DNA of 64,000 nucleotides from positions 286,616-350,615 of IMG/VR virus record IMGVR_UViG_3300046616_000314. One strand, 5' to 3'. This DNA comes from a virus. The notes beneath the pieces are model-generated. The model did no database searches and had not been told where the DNA came from. It saw nothing but the letters and a program-made list of their open reading frames with translations. This document shows, piece by piece, positions 17,534-25,856 of this stretch (its first letter is position 1; each line of letters starts with the position of its first letter). The translations under genes and the position numbers were made by a program.

Positions 17534-19327
17534 CTAGTTCCGCCAGCGGTTCACGATGGGATAGCGACGATCCCGACCAAAAATCTTGCTTCCGATCTTA
17601 ACACCGGGAGCCGCTTGGCGACGCTTGTATTCAGCGTTATCCACAAGTTTGCGGATTTTCTGAACAACATCCAATCGAACTTCAAGTTCGACAACGATGT
17701 CAGCGACCGACAGTTCTTCTTCGATCATCGCCTTGAGGATCGAATCGAGAACCGGATAGGGCGGCAGGCTGTCTTCGTCCTTTTGATCGGGACGCAGTTC
17801 AGCCGAAGGCGGCTTCACGATGATCTCTTCGGGAACCACTTGAGTTGCCCGACCCAAGAAGCCAAATTCCGTCAGATATTTTTGCGGAATGGCATTGCGC
17901 CAGCGGCACAAGTCCCAAACCGTCGTCTTGTAGCAATCCTTGATCGGATTGAAGCCACCGCTCATGTCGCCGTAGAGGGTCGAGTAACCCACGCTGACTT
18001 CCGACTTGTTGCCGGTGGTCAGGAGGATATGACCCTCTTGGTTGGAGATCGCCATCAGGATAGTACCACGGGCACGCGCCTGGATATTTTCATCCGCAAC
18101 GCCTTCAAGCTCACGAAGACCAGCAGTCATACCCTTTTCGTACTGGGCACTGCTATAGGCAACGCGCAGCGAATTCACGACGTTCTCAATCGGGATGGTT
18201 CGCATTTGCGCACCAAGGCGATCAGCCCCGGCTTCTGCATCCGATAGCGAGTGATCCGAAGAGAATGCCGAAGGCAGGCGAACCAAGTGAACGTTCTCGG
18301 GACCGATGGCGTCACAGGCGACAGCCGCGACCAGACCGGAGTCCACCCCGCCGCTGTAGCCGAGAACCACTGACTTGAAGCCTTGCTTTAGAAGGTAGTC
18401 ACGGGTACCGAGCACGACAGCTTGATAGATTTCCTGTTCGTGTGGTGTAACGATCTTCGGATAAAGATGCAAGGGAGCCCGATTTTCCGGCGGCTTGATC
18501 CAGTGCGAGAACGAACCGTCATCGCGCACCGAGCCCACAATCGTAGTCGGAACGCCCGCGTCATTATATTCGAAATGGCGCGAACGGGTTTGCGGGTGGA
18601 ATTCGAAGGCGAACAAACCTTCTTTGAAATATGGCGCCGACTGATAGCCCTTGGCGTCGTAGTAGAACGATCCGCCGTCGAACACCAGTTCGTCTTGACC
18701 ACCGATCATGTTGACGTACAGGAACGGCAAGCCGGTTTCCTTGATGCGGTTGGCGATCACTTGGTGACGAGTGACATTCTTACCGGCTTCGAACGGTGAA
18801 CCGTTGATGCTCAGAAGGAACGTGGCGTCATTGTCCGACAGCGAACGGCTCACGCTGGGGAACCAGCAGTCTTCGCAGATCATCAGACCGATGCGTTGAC
18901 CCCGGAATTCGATGGGAAACGGTTCGGCGGTATTTGCTTCGAACACGCGCTTTTCATCGAACACACCGTAGTTCGGTAGTTCGGTCTTGTGGATCAGATC
19001 GACCTTCTTGAGAACCGGATCGATCAAGTACGCACTGTTGCGCGGTTTGACGTTGCCCTTCGTCGGCGTGCCGAAGATGATCCCGGCGTCCATGAAGCCG
19101 CCGCCCATGACAGCATCAATGATGCGTTGGTTGGCGCGTTCAACCGCGTCCATGAACGAATGGCGCGACACCAAGTCTTCGATGGGATAGCCGGTCACGG
19201 CGCACTCTGGGAAGACGACCAGATCAAAGCCCGATTTTGCGGCGTTCTCGTATTGGGCAATGATTTGATCCGCGTTGCCGACGATATCACCGACGACCGG
19301 GTTAAATTGAATGACAGCAATTCTCAT
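17534..19327 (-). CDS. nadE: glutamine-dependent NAD+ synthetase (nitrilase domain + NAD synthetase PP-loop domain)
   Basis: N-terminal CN-hydrolase signature (MRIAVIQFNPVVGD...LVVFPECAVTGYPIEDL...GLMICEDCWFP). C-terminal PP-loop (VVLGYSGGVDSGLVAAV). 597 aa is typical for Gln-dependent NadE; GAGGAA RBS. Confidence 0.85.
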   Translation of the reverse strand: MRIAVIQFNPVVGDIVGNADQIIAQYENAAKSGFDLVVFPECAVTGYPIEDLVSRHSFMDAVERANQRIIDAVMGGGFMDAGIIFGTPTKGNVKPRNSAYLIDPVLKKVDLIHKTELPNYGVFDEKRVFEANTAEPFPIEFRGQRIGLMICEDCWFPSVSRSLSDNDATFLLSINGSPFEAGKNVTRHQVIANRIKETGLPFLYVNMIGGQDELVFDGGSFYYDAKGYQSAPYFKEGLFAFEFHPQTRSRHFEYNDAGVPTTIVGSVRDDGSFSHWIKPPENRAPLHLYPKIVTPHEQEIYQAVVLGTRDYLLKQGFKSVVLGYSGGVDSGLVAAVACDAIGPENVHLVRLPSAFSSDHSLSDAEAGADRLGAQMRTIPIENVVNSLRVAYSSAQYEKGMTAGLRELEGVADENIQARARGTILMAISNQEGHILLTTGNKSEVSVGYSTLYGDMSGGFNPIKDCYKTTVWDLCRWRNAIPQKYLTEFGFLGRATQVVPEEIIVKPPSAELRPDQKDEDSLPPYPVLDSILKAMIEEELSVADIVVELEVRLDVVQKIRKLVDNAEYKRRQAAPGVKIGSKIFGRDRRYPIVNRWRN

Positions 19328-19329
19328 TT

Positions 19330-19671
19330 TTATTCCTCAATATCAACGGGAGTGATATGCCAAACCGAACGGCTCTGGGGTTTCACTCCGGTACGCATGG
19401 CGTCCATCACTTGACTGATATTACTGATTCCGCCAGTAATTTCAACAAAGCCAACGCCGACGATGTTTAGGGCAAGCGCATCCGCACCCGCCGTGATGTT
19501 TTGAACCTTGTCATTCTTAAGAATGATTTCAGTACAATCGACCAAGTTCTTGATGTTCTTGATCGCTTTCACGTGTCCAATTTTCAGAGCCACCTTGGCT
19601 GCATCATCTTCATTGTGGGCGAAGATGCTGCAACCAGAGTTGGCAGAATTGGTGATGCGGTAGATACGCAT
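19330..19671 (-). CDS. hypothetical protein within the NAD operon
   Basis: 113 aa ORF packed tightly between pncA and nadE. Confidence 0.45.
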   Translation of the reverse strand: MRIYRITNSANSGCSIFAHNEDDAAKVALKIGHVKAIKNIKNLVDCTEIILKNDKVQNITAGADALALNIVGVGFVEITGGISNISQVMDAMRTGVKPQSRSVWHITPVDIEE

Positions 19672-20316
19672 TTAGTCCTCGTGCGGATAGGCGTGAGCGA
19701 AGGTCAGGTTTTCGTTACCCGGAAACTCTTCCAAGATAACTTGCTGCATGTCGCGCACGATGCCCTTGGTCAGGTCAGCCATGACGATCACCTTGAAGCC
19801 ACGCTTCAGGAAACCTTCAATCGCCCAAAAGACGCAGAAGTCGGCAGCAAAACCGGTGATGATGATCGTATCGACGCCTTGCGCCTTCAGATCGGCGAAG
19901 AATTCATCGCGATCATAGTACGAGTTGGTCAGCGCGAGACGCAGATCGCGCAGATACAACTTGTCTTCTTCCCACATATTGAAGACGCCCTTTTCCAGGG
20001 CATAGACCGGGATGGCGAAATTGATCAACGCCGGATTGATGACGTTCTCCCAACCGGGTGTGCCCTTTTCACAGTGCAGATTGAAGCCTGGGGCGCCCAC
20101 TTCCGGGTTGCCGAGATTTTCCGGCGAGCCGATGAAGGTTTCTTCGGTGTGCGTATCGAAGGTGTTCAGAACACCCGCGATTTCGTCAGGGTTCAAGCTG
20201 GCGTTCCAACGCAGCAGCTTGGAAACCACGGCTTCAGCACCTTCCACCGGCAGGGCAAAGCCCTTGAAGATGAAATCGGCTTGGGTATCAACGTTGACCA
20301 CAAATTTGTTTTTCAT
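19672..20316 (-). CDS. pncA: nicotinamidase / isochorismatase-family cysteine hydrolase (PncA-like)
   Basis: VNVDTQADF (the VDxQNDF motif), ...IITGFAADFCVFWAIEGFLKRGFKVIV (catalytic Cys in the GxxxxxCV context), ~214 aa. Confidence 0.65.
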   Translation of the reverse strand: MKNKFVVNVDTQADFIFKGFALPVEGAEAVVSKLLRWNASLNPDEIAGVLNTFDTHTEETFIGSPENLGNPEVGAPGFNLHCEKGTPGWENVINPALINFAIPVYALEKGVFNMWEEDKLYLRDLRLALTNSYYDRDEFFADLKAQGVDTIIITGFAADFCVFWAIEGFLKRGFKVIVMADLTKGIVRDMQQVILEEFPGNENLTFAHAYPHED

Positions 20317-20328
20317 AATATTTTTTCC

Positions 20329-21663
20329 TTAAACCAGAACCGGAGCACCATCGAGACCTTCGATCCCGAACAGTGCGCGGTAGCGGTCCACTTCAGAGGC
20401 GGGACCAGTTGCCTTGTTATAGTTGTCCGACATCTTCACGGCAGGACGCCCATCGGCATCCTTGATCTTGGCAACAACCGAGATCGAACCCATGTAGTCG
20501 TCAGCTTCGCCAGGGACGCAGCCATAGAAATCGTTCGACAGGTTGGTACCCCAACCAAAGCCCATGCGGACCTTGCCACGGAAGTAGGCTTCGATTTCCA
20601 AGATGTCTTCACCGTGGGTGTCGTAGCCATCGATCTTGACATCAAGACCGTCGCTGAAAATAATCAGCTTTTCTTGCGGGTTCTCGCCGTGCGTCTTCCA
20701 ATATTTGATCAGTTCGTCACCGCCAGGAATCGGCTTCTTGGAGTCGGGGCGAGCACCCGTCCACTGAGAAACCCATTGCGGGGCATTCTCAAGGAACTGG
20801 GTCGTGCCGAACGTGTCGGGCAGGAAGACCAGCAGTCCGCCGCGATATTGCGCCGCCCACTTCAGGAGCACCTTGTATTGTGCATCCTTCAGTTCGGCAT
20901 CGTCTTGCGCCAGAGCCGCCAGGGTCATCGGTAGTTCATGGGCGTTCGTGCCCTTGGCTTCCAAACCATGCTTCATGGCGAGATATGCGTTCGACGTACC
21001 GGTGAAGCGGTCGCCAAGAACTTCCTTCGCCAGCAGCATGGCGTATTCTTGCCAAAGGAAGCTATGGCGACGGCGAGTGGCGAAGTCCGTCAGGTTCAGG
21101 TCTTCGACAGTCGCCAGCTTTTCGAGCTTGGCGTACAGCTTCGCCTTGGCGCGGGCATACATGATGTCGATTTGGGTAGCCGTCAGCTTTGACATCCGCG
21201 AACGAGCAAGAAGCTCATTGATGATGGTCAGTGCGTAGATTTCCCAAAGCGTCACTTCGGTCCAAGTGCCGTGGAATTCGAGGATGTATTGACCGGTTTC
21301 TTCGTCAACTTCCAATGAATATTCCGGCAGTTGGAACGTCTTCAGATATTCGATATAGCCCGGCTTGAACAGTCGGTCTTGACCGTAGAAGGTGTTTCCC
21401 TTGAGCCAGTGAATCTCGTTCGGCTGGAAACGCAGCGTGCGAGCATGGTCGAGTTGCGCGCGGAGTTGCTTGATATTGATGTTCCGCGCGAGCTTCACTC
21501 GCTTGGTACGATTGGTGACGGCGAACGTCACCTTCGTATTGAAGAAATCTTCACGGATAAGCTGTTGCATCAGCAGCTTATAAAAATCGATGTCCAGCAG
21601 CGACCGAACGATGGGGTCGATGTCGTAAAGAAGGGCGTCTTTGGCGCGTTTTGCAAAATCCAT
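20329..21663 (-). CDS. pncB: nicotinate phosphoribosyltransferase
   Basis: Aligns by eye to E. coli PncB: DIDFYKLLMQQ/DTDAYKLHMQQ, LWEIYALTIINE/LWEVPLLAVISE, FATRRRHS/FGTRRRFS, GTSN, GTNAHE/GTQAHE, KMSDNYNKATG/KLSDSPGKTIC. Confidence 0.8.
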   Translation of the reverse strand: MDFAKRAKDALLYDIDPIVRSLLDIDFYKLLMQQLIREDFFNTKVTFAVTNRTKRVKLARNINIKQLRAQLDHARTLRFQPNEIHWLKGNTFYGQDRLFKPGYIEYLKTFQLPEYSLEVDEETGQYILEFHGTWTEVTLWEIYALTIINELLARSRMSKLTATQIDIMYARAKAKLYAKLEKLATVEDLNLTDFATRRRHSFLWQEYAMLLAKEVLGDRFTGTSNAYLAMKHGLEAKGTNAHELPMTLAALAQDDAELKDAQYKVLLKWAAQYRGGLLVFLPDTFGTTQFLENAPQWVSQWTGARPDSKKPIPGGDELIKYWKTHGENPQEKLIIFSDGLDVKIDGYDTHGEDILEIEAYFRGKVRMGFGWGTNLSNDFYGCVPGEADDYMGSISVVAKIKDADGRPAVKMSDNYNKATGPASEVDRYRALFGIEGLDGAPVLV

Positions 21664-21668
21664 AATAA

Positions 21669-22760
21669 TTAAACTTTCTTAATCAGAGCTTCGGAGTCGC
21701 TGATCATCTTCCAATGATCTTCGAAATATTCGTAACGCGGAATGGTATCCGGGTCCTTCCAAACGGCGCGCTTGGCGTCCGACGCCGCGCGAACCTTCGG
21801 ATACGCCAGGGCTTCGCGAACCTTGGTGATATCGGTCACGCCCGGCGGAATCTTCGGAGTCAGATTGATGAAGGTGGTGTGGCTGACGGTGCGCTTGCGA
21901 GTCGAGCGATTGGGATCATCGTAGGTTTTTTCGCCGATGATGCTGTTGCGTAGAGTTTCGCGAGCGACCTTCAGACGGGTCTCTTCGTACAGTTCCTTGA
22001 TCGCAGCGTCCGCAGCCGTTTGATTTTCGCAGTGACCACCGGGGACCGCCCACAGACCCTTACCGGGGAAGCCGCCGCGCTGGACCAAAAGAACCTTGCG
22101 CGCTTGGCGAACGACCGAATCCGCCGTGTAGAAAATCGGCGGATAGGGAGCACTGTCCCATTGCCCCAGATAGTTTTGCATGAACACCTTCTCGGCAAGA
22201 AGGCTTTCAAGATATTCGGGGGTTTGACGGAATTCTTGAAGGAAGGCGATCACGCCTGGGGCGAGATATTCAGTCGCTTCGCCGTTCAGGAATTCCGAGA
22301 CGAGGCGTTGATCTTCGACAATATATTTGTCGCGCGCATAGGTCGCGTTGATCCCACGGAAGTTGGGGACTTCGACGCTTTCCCAATCGGGGAACTGCGA
22401 CAGATAATAGCCGGTGGGTTGATCTTTCTTGTGACCGACAAGGGCGGTGGGATCATCTTGAACGATATCCCGCGTGGCATCATGCACGGCGGCTTGCCAT
22501 TGCGAAATGTTGCCATAGTCCATGACGTTGACGAACTTGACCCGACGCAGTTGTTCGGGAGGCAGCATACGCCGCCACATTTCTTCACGTTCAAATTCTC
22601 GGAAGGGAACATGGTCCCATCGCCGTGCGGCGAAAGAAGAACCGTTGACGACAACTAGTTCTTCGCATTCTTGTAGCCCGGCTGCAACTACGGCGCCGTG
22701 AGCTAGTGTTACTGGTTGACCGCGAACAACGGTCACACCGTGACGATAACGATACTTCAA
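21669..22760 (-). CDS. nadM: bifunctional NMN/NaMN adenylyltransferase - Nudix hydrolase (NadM-Nudix type)
   Basis: N-terminal nucleotidyltransferase region (VVRGQPVTLAHGAVV, GQP..xHxGH-like). C-terminal Nudix box GGHCENQTAADAAIKELYEETRL (Gx5Ex7[RK]ELxEEx). The architecture matches NadM-Nudix and phage NatV. Confidence 0.65.
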   Translation of the reverse strand: MKYRYRHGVTVVRGQPVTLAHGAVVAAGLQECEELVVVNGSSFAARRWDHVPFREFEREEMWRRMLPPEQLRRVKFVNVMDYGNISQWQAAVHDATRDIVQDDPTALVGHKKDQPTGYYLSQFPDWESVEVPNFRGINATYARDKYIVEDQRLVSEFLNGEATEYLAPGVIAFLQEFRQTPEYLESLLAEKVFMQNYLGQWDSAPYPPIFYTADSVVRQARKVLLVQRGGFPGKGLWAVPGGHCENQTAADAAIKELYEETRLKVARETLRNSIIGEKTYDDPNRSTRKRTVSHTTFINLTPKIPPGVTDITKVREALAYPKVRAASDAKRAVWKDPDTIPRYEYFEDHWKMISDSEALIKKV

Positions 22761-22813
22761 GGTAAATCCTACCGAGCTATGGTAGCGCGTGGACTATTCC
22801 TGCGCCATGTTTT

Positions 22814-22821
22814 TATTTATA
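22814..22821 (-). promoter_or_regulatory. T4 late-promoter-like TATAAATA box upstream of the NAD operon
   Basis: Plus strand reads tatttata, so the minus strand reads TATAAATA, 54 nt upstream of the nadM start. Confidence 0.3.
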
Positions 22822-22862
22822 CCAAACTTTTTTCGTAAACGCAATTAAAAAATGCGGGCAAG

Positions 22863-22895
22863 AAAAAGCCCGGCGATTGCTCGCCGGGCTCTTGT
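22863..22895 (-). terminator. rho-independent terminator downstream of the mucR-like gene
   Basis: GCCCGGCGAttgctCGCCGGGC hairpin with a T-tract on the minus strand. Confidence 0.55.
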
Positions 22896-22920
22896 AGTCT
22901 CTATAGCTGGCGCCGAGAGA

Positions 22921-23475
22921 TTAGGCTTCGGTCGAAGCCAGATCAGCAGCGGCGTTCTTGGCTTCCGATTCCACGACGGTTTCCTTGGCGGGCTTGCGAG
23001 CCTTGGTCGCCTTCGGAGCCTTCGCAGCCGGGGCAGCAGCCTTCGCCTTGCGACCGCCTTGACCCAGACCCAGAGCCTTCGCCATCGCCGAACGGGCTTC
23101 CGAGTAGGCGGGCGCCGTGGTCGGGTAGTCGTTCGGGAGACCGAACTTCGCCTTGTATTCGGCGACGGTCATGCCGTTGGTGGTCAGGTGACGCTTCAGG
23201 GTCTTGTAGGGCTTGCCGTCGATGAAGCTGATCAGCGCGTCGTTGGTCACGGACTTGCGGATTTGAGCCGGGGTCGCCTTGGCTTGCTCGTCAGCGACGA
23301 CAGCGACCGGCGAAGCGGCGTTGGTCAGACCGGTCAGAGCCGCCGAAATGGCGCCGATGACGCCGGGGATGTCGGTCGCCGACACGGCGTTGTGCGAGAA
23401 ATAGGCACCAGCAACAGCGGCGGTCAGTTCGACGGTCGAAGTCGCGGACGACACGGGTTGAGTTTGATCAGTCAT
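22921..23475 (-). CDS. mucR: Ros/MucR-family transcriptional regulator homolog, zinc-finger-less variant with Lys/Ala-rich C-terminal tail
   Basis: VELTAAVAGAYFSHNAVSATDIPGVIGAISAALTGL and IRKSVTNDALISFIDGKPYKTLKRHLTTNGMTVAEYKAKFGLPNDYPTTAPAYSEARSAMAKALGLGQ align to Agrobacterium Ros ([104 protein letters not shown]). The Cys2His2 ligands are replaced by I/S and T/N. The tail reads KAKAAAPAAKAPKATKARKPAKE. Confidence 0.8.
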   Translation of the reverse strand: MTDQTQPVSSATSTVELTAAVAGAYFSHNAVSATDIPGVIGAISAALTGLTNAASPVAVVADEQAKATPAQIRKSVTNDALISFIDGKPYKTLKRHLTTNGMTVAEYKAKFGLPNDYPTTAPAYSEARSAMAKALGLGQGGRKAKAAAPAAKAPKATKARKPAKETVVESEAKNAAADLASTEA

Positions 23476-23798
23476 ATTCGCTCTCTGTCTGTTTCACAAA
23501 AGGATGCCGCAACCATCAGCGGCGTTGGAGAGCCTTGAAATTAGTTCGCTGCTTTCAAGGTGTCAACAGCACTCATAGAGATTTTTTGATTTTATGCTGT
23601 TTTGGCAAGCCTAGACACTGATTTTAGACCAACGGATACATGAGCTAGATGCAAAAGGTTTAATGAAAAAATCAATAAAATCATATAGTTATGGTGGAGG
23701 TTCCGTAGAGGCTCACCGCTTTGGGGGCTTCTGAAACTTTTTTTGCTTTTTTGCTTGGAACCAAAGCTTTTCGAAAGATATTGCGCGTAAAAGGGACC

Positions 23799-24299
23799 AT
23801 GAGTTATGATTATCAGATGACAACGAAACTTGATCTCGGCTTCAAACACGGTGGATTGGCTCGCCAGCTATCCAATCTCTACGCTTACCCTTTCGTGCTC
23901 GATGGCACGCAATGCGGCTCTATTGAGGGCTTTCTTCAGGGTGTGAAATTCCAGGGCTTGGAAGAACAAGCCTTGATTGCGTCTTTGCAGGGCTACGAAG
24001 CTTATAAGACCGGGCAACTAGGGAACGACTGGAAAGAAACTCAAACCCTGTGGTGGCAGGGTAAGGCTTTTCCTCGCCTTAGTAGAGAGTACCATACTCT
24101 CTTAGAGCGGGCGTACGATGCGTGCTTCGATCAGAACCCGGCTTTCGTACAAGCATTGATCGACAGCGGCATTGATGTCCTGACACATTATATGGGGCAT
24201 CACGATCCGCATAATTCGGTGCTCACCGAATGGGAATACATCTATCTTATGTATCGAGCGCGTACGAAGGCGTTCCAAGGGATCATGGCAGAAACTTGA
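23799..24299 (+). CDS. NADAR (YbiA-like, DUF1768) domain protein, predicted ADP-ribose/NAD-derivative N-glycosidase
   Basis: GGLARQLSNLYAYPFVLDGTQCGSIEGFLQGVKF ... GNDWKETQ ... NPAFVQALIDSGIDVL matches the NADAR core (LSNFYP.PF..DG..Y.SVEHYFQA.KF ... DWE ... NP.L...LL.TG). AAGGGA RBS 4 nt upstream. Confidence 0.65.
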   Translation: MSYDYQMTTKLDLGFKHGGLARQLSNLYAYPFVLDGTQCGSIEGFLQGVKFQGLEEQALIASLQGYEAYKTGQLGNDWKETQTLWWQGKAFPRLSREYHTLLERAYDACFDQNPAFVQALIDSGIDVLTHYMGHHDPHNSVLTEWEYIYLMYRARTKAFQGIMAET

Positions 24300-24325
24300 C
24301 AGTGCCTTAACGAAAGTTTATAGAC
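24297..24325 (+). promoter_or_regulatory. sigma70-like promoter candidate
   Basis: TTGACA at 24297-24302, a 17 nt spacer, then TATAGA at 24320-24325, upstream of the 24350 ORF. Confidence 0.3.
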
Positions 24326-24349
24326 AGGATTCCGGTCGAGGGAATTTCT

Positions 24350-24592
24350 ATGTCATCTGACGAATTTGGTATTTTGTTTCTCGCTGCGGTGTGTCTTGGA
24401 CCATTTGTGTTAGTTTGTTTTTTTGCCCTGAACGAAAACCGCAACAAGGGCAAGTGGGAAACCGTCAAGGATGACGGGCGTTATTCCTATCAACAACACA
24501 AGGTGACGGGTAAGCGGCGCCTTTGGGTGTCTAAAGTTGGTCTCCTTCCTGTAAATCAGGATTGGGTAGACGGCAAAACTGATATTCTTTAG
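24350..24592 (+). CDS. small membrane protein
   Basis: 80 aa with an N-terminal hydrophobic helix (ILFLAAVCLGPFVLVCFFAL). Confidence 0.4.
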   Translation: MSSDEFGILFLAAVCLGPFVLVCFFALNENRNKGKWETVKDDGRYSYQQHKVTGKRRLWVSKVGLLPVNQDWVDGKTDIL

Positions 24593-24594
24593 GA

Positions 24595-24900
24595 ATGAAA
24601 ATGACCGCTTCCGTCCGTCAGCCCGTCGTGTGGGTGAAATCCCCGGTGAAACAAGAAGAAGAAAACGCCCGATTGGCGCGTGAAAAATCTGCAATGATCG
24701 TCAAAGTGCAGGTTCCCTTCATTGAAGACGGCGAAGTGTCGGTGTATCGTGAAGGTCGAAAGGGTTTGAAGCACCAAGCCCTGACCGTCGAAGAACAAGC
24801 CATGCTGGGCGATGACCGCAAGGCGCATTTTAAGGCGTTATGGAACGTCGATGCCGTTCGATGGGATTTGCTGAAGCGGGTTAAGGACCAAGCGTGGTAA
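24595..24900 (+). CDS. hypothetical protein
   Basis: 101 aa ORF. Confidence 0.4.
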   Translation: MKMTASVRQPVVWVKSPVKQEEENARLAREKSAMIVKVQVPFIEDGEVSVYREGRKGLKHQALTVEEQAMLGDDRKAHFKALWNVDAVRWDLLKRVKDQAW

Positions 24901-25211
24901 CTTCCATTAAGTGGTATGCGCGGGTAAAAGAGACCTCTGGTGGAATTTTGAAAACGATTGACTGGGTTGAAGAAAATTGCCCCGGTTGGTCGTTTTTCGA
25001 TATTAAAAGCAAAGATGGTCCGCTACCTGAAATCAAAAGTATTTTGAGCTTGAGTGCGATAGATGCACCCGAGCGCAATATGGAATATGAAATCTATTTT
25101 GTTCAAGAAGAACATTTTGCGATATTTAAGCTATATAAGTCTGAAAGGATAATTGCATCTTCGACTGTTTGGGTAAGTAATATTCCCAATCTTTCGTGGG
25201 GACCAGAATAA
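24894..25211 (+). CDS. small protein, weak member of the F[KR]LK family
   Basis: Contains ...VQEEHFAIFKLYKSE. Confidence 0.35.
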   Translation: MVTSIKWYARVKETSGGILKTIDWVEENCPGWSFFDIKSKDGPLPEIKSILSLSAIDAPERNMEYEIYFVQEEHFAIFKLYKSERIIASSTVWVSNIPNLSWGPE

Positions 25212-25220
25212 CCAATTATC

Positions 25221-25481
25221 ATGATTAAGATTGAGCTAGATGTTAAGAATTCCGACATGCGTTCATTGCATGTGTGGCTCGACGCCAATTGCATTGGTTG
25301 GTGCTATCAAGGTGCAGGAAACCGTTTGTCCAACGAGCTTTGGGCAAAGAAAATGAACAAAAACATCGGCGCCCGCCAGAACGATATGAAAATTATTTTT
25401 TATGTAAAAGTTATCGAGGACGTTGCGACGATTCGTTTAAAATACGGCGGCGTCCGCGTAATTTCCGTCGATATCAATTGA
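25221..25481 (+). CDS. small protein of the F[KR]LK[YW]GG family
   Basis: Ends ...IEDVATIRLKYGGVRVISVDIN. Confidence 0.4.
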   Translation: MIKIELDVKNSDMRSLHVWLDANCIGWCYQGAGNRLSNELWAKKMNKNIGARQNDMKIIFYVKVIEDVATIRLKYGGVRVISVDIN

Positions 25482-25494
25482 TTAACGAATTTAA

Positions 25495-25854
25495 ATGGTG
25501 CATAGACGCCATGAGGGGGAACCCATGATCGAATTACCGAAAAACAAAAACAATTTTTGGGTTGAAGCACGTGTGCTGATCGCAGCTACCTTGCATCTGA
25601 TCCTTTGGAACATCTGGCATTTGAAATTTGCCATTTTTCTCGCACTCGTCACCTTTGGGTTTGCGGATGGAATGGCAAAGCAACTGATTGCCCCCTGGCA
25701 ACTGTTGGTCTTGATTTCGTTTGTCGTGTTGATCGCCTACAGCGATGGCTCTACAGCCAGAGACAGTTACGAACACCACATGCGCAAGCGTGAGAATAGC
25801 AACGCAGCTAAGTTCCAGCGTAAGATGGACAAGCTCAAAGCAAAAAAGAAATAG
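25495..25854 (+). CDS. small membrane protein
   Basis: Three hydrophobic segments and a basic C-terminus. Confidence 0.4.
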   Translation: MVHRRHEGEPMIELPKNKNNFWVEARVLIAATLHLILWNIWHLKFAIFLALVTFGFADGMAKQLIAPWQLLVLISFVVLIAYSDGSTARDSYEHHMRKRENSNAAKFQRKMDKLKAKKK

Positions 25855-25856
25855 AT

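Noticed and set aside
19501-20934. 477 aa plus-strand ORF spanning pncA and pncB on the opposite strand
   Set aside because: It crosses two well-supported minus-strand genes and the intergenic gap, and has no motif; judged an antisense artefact.
22852-23538. 228 aa plus-strand ORF opposite the mucR-like gene
   Set aside because: Gly/Arg/Ser-rich low-complexity translation; the minus-strand product aligns to Ros/MucR along its full length.
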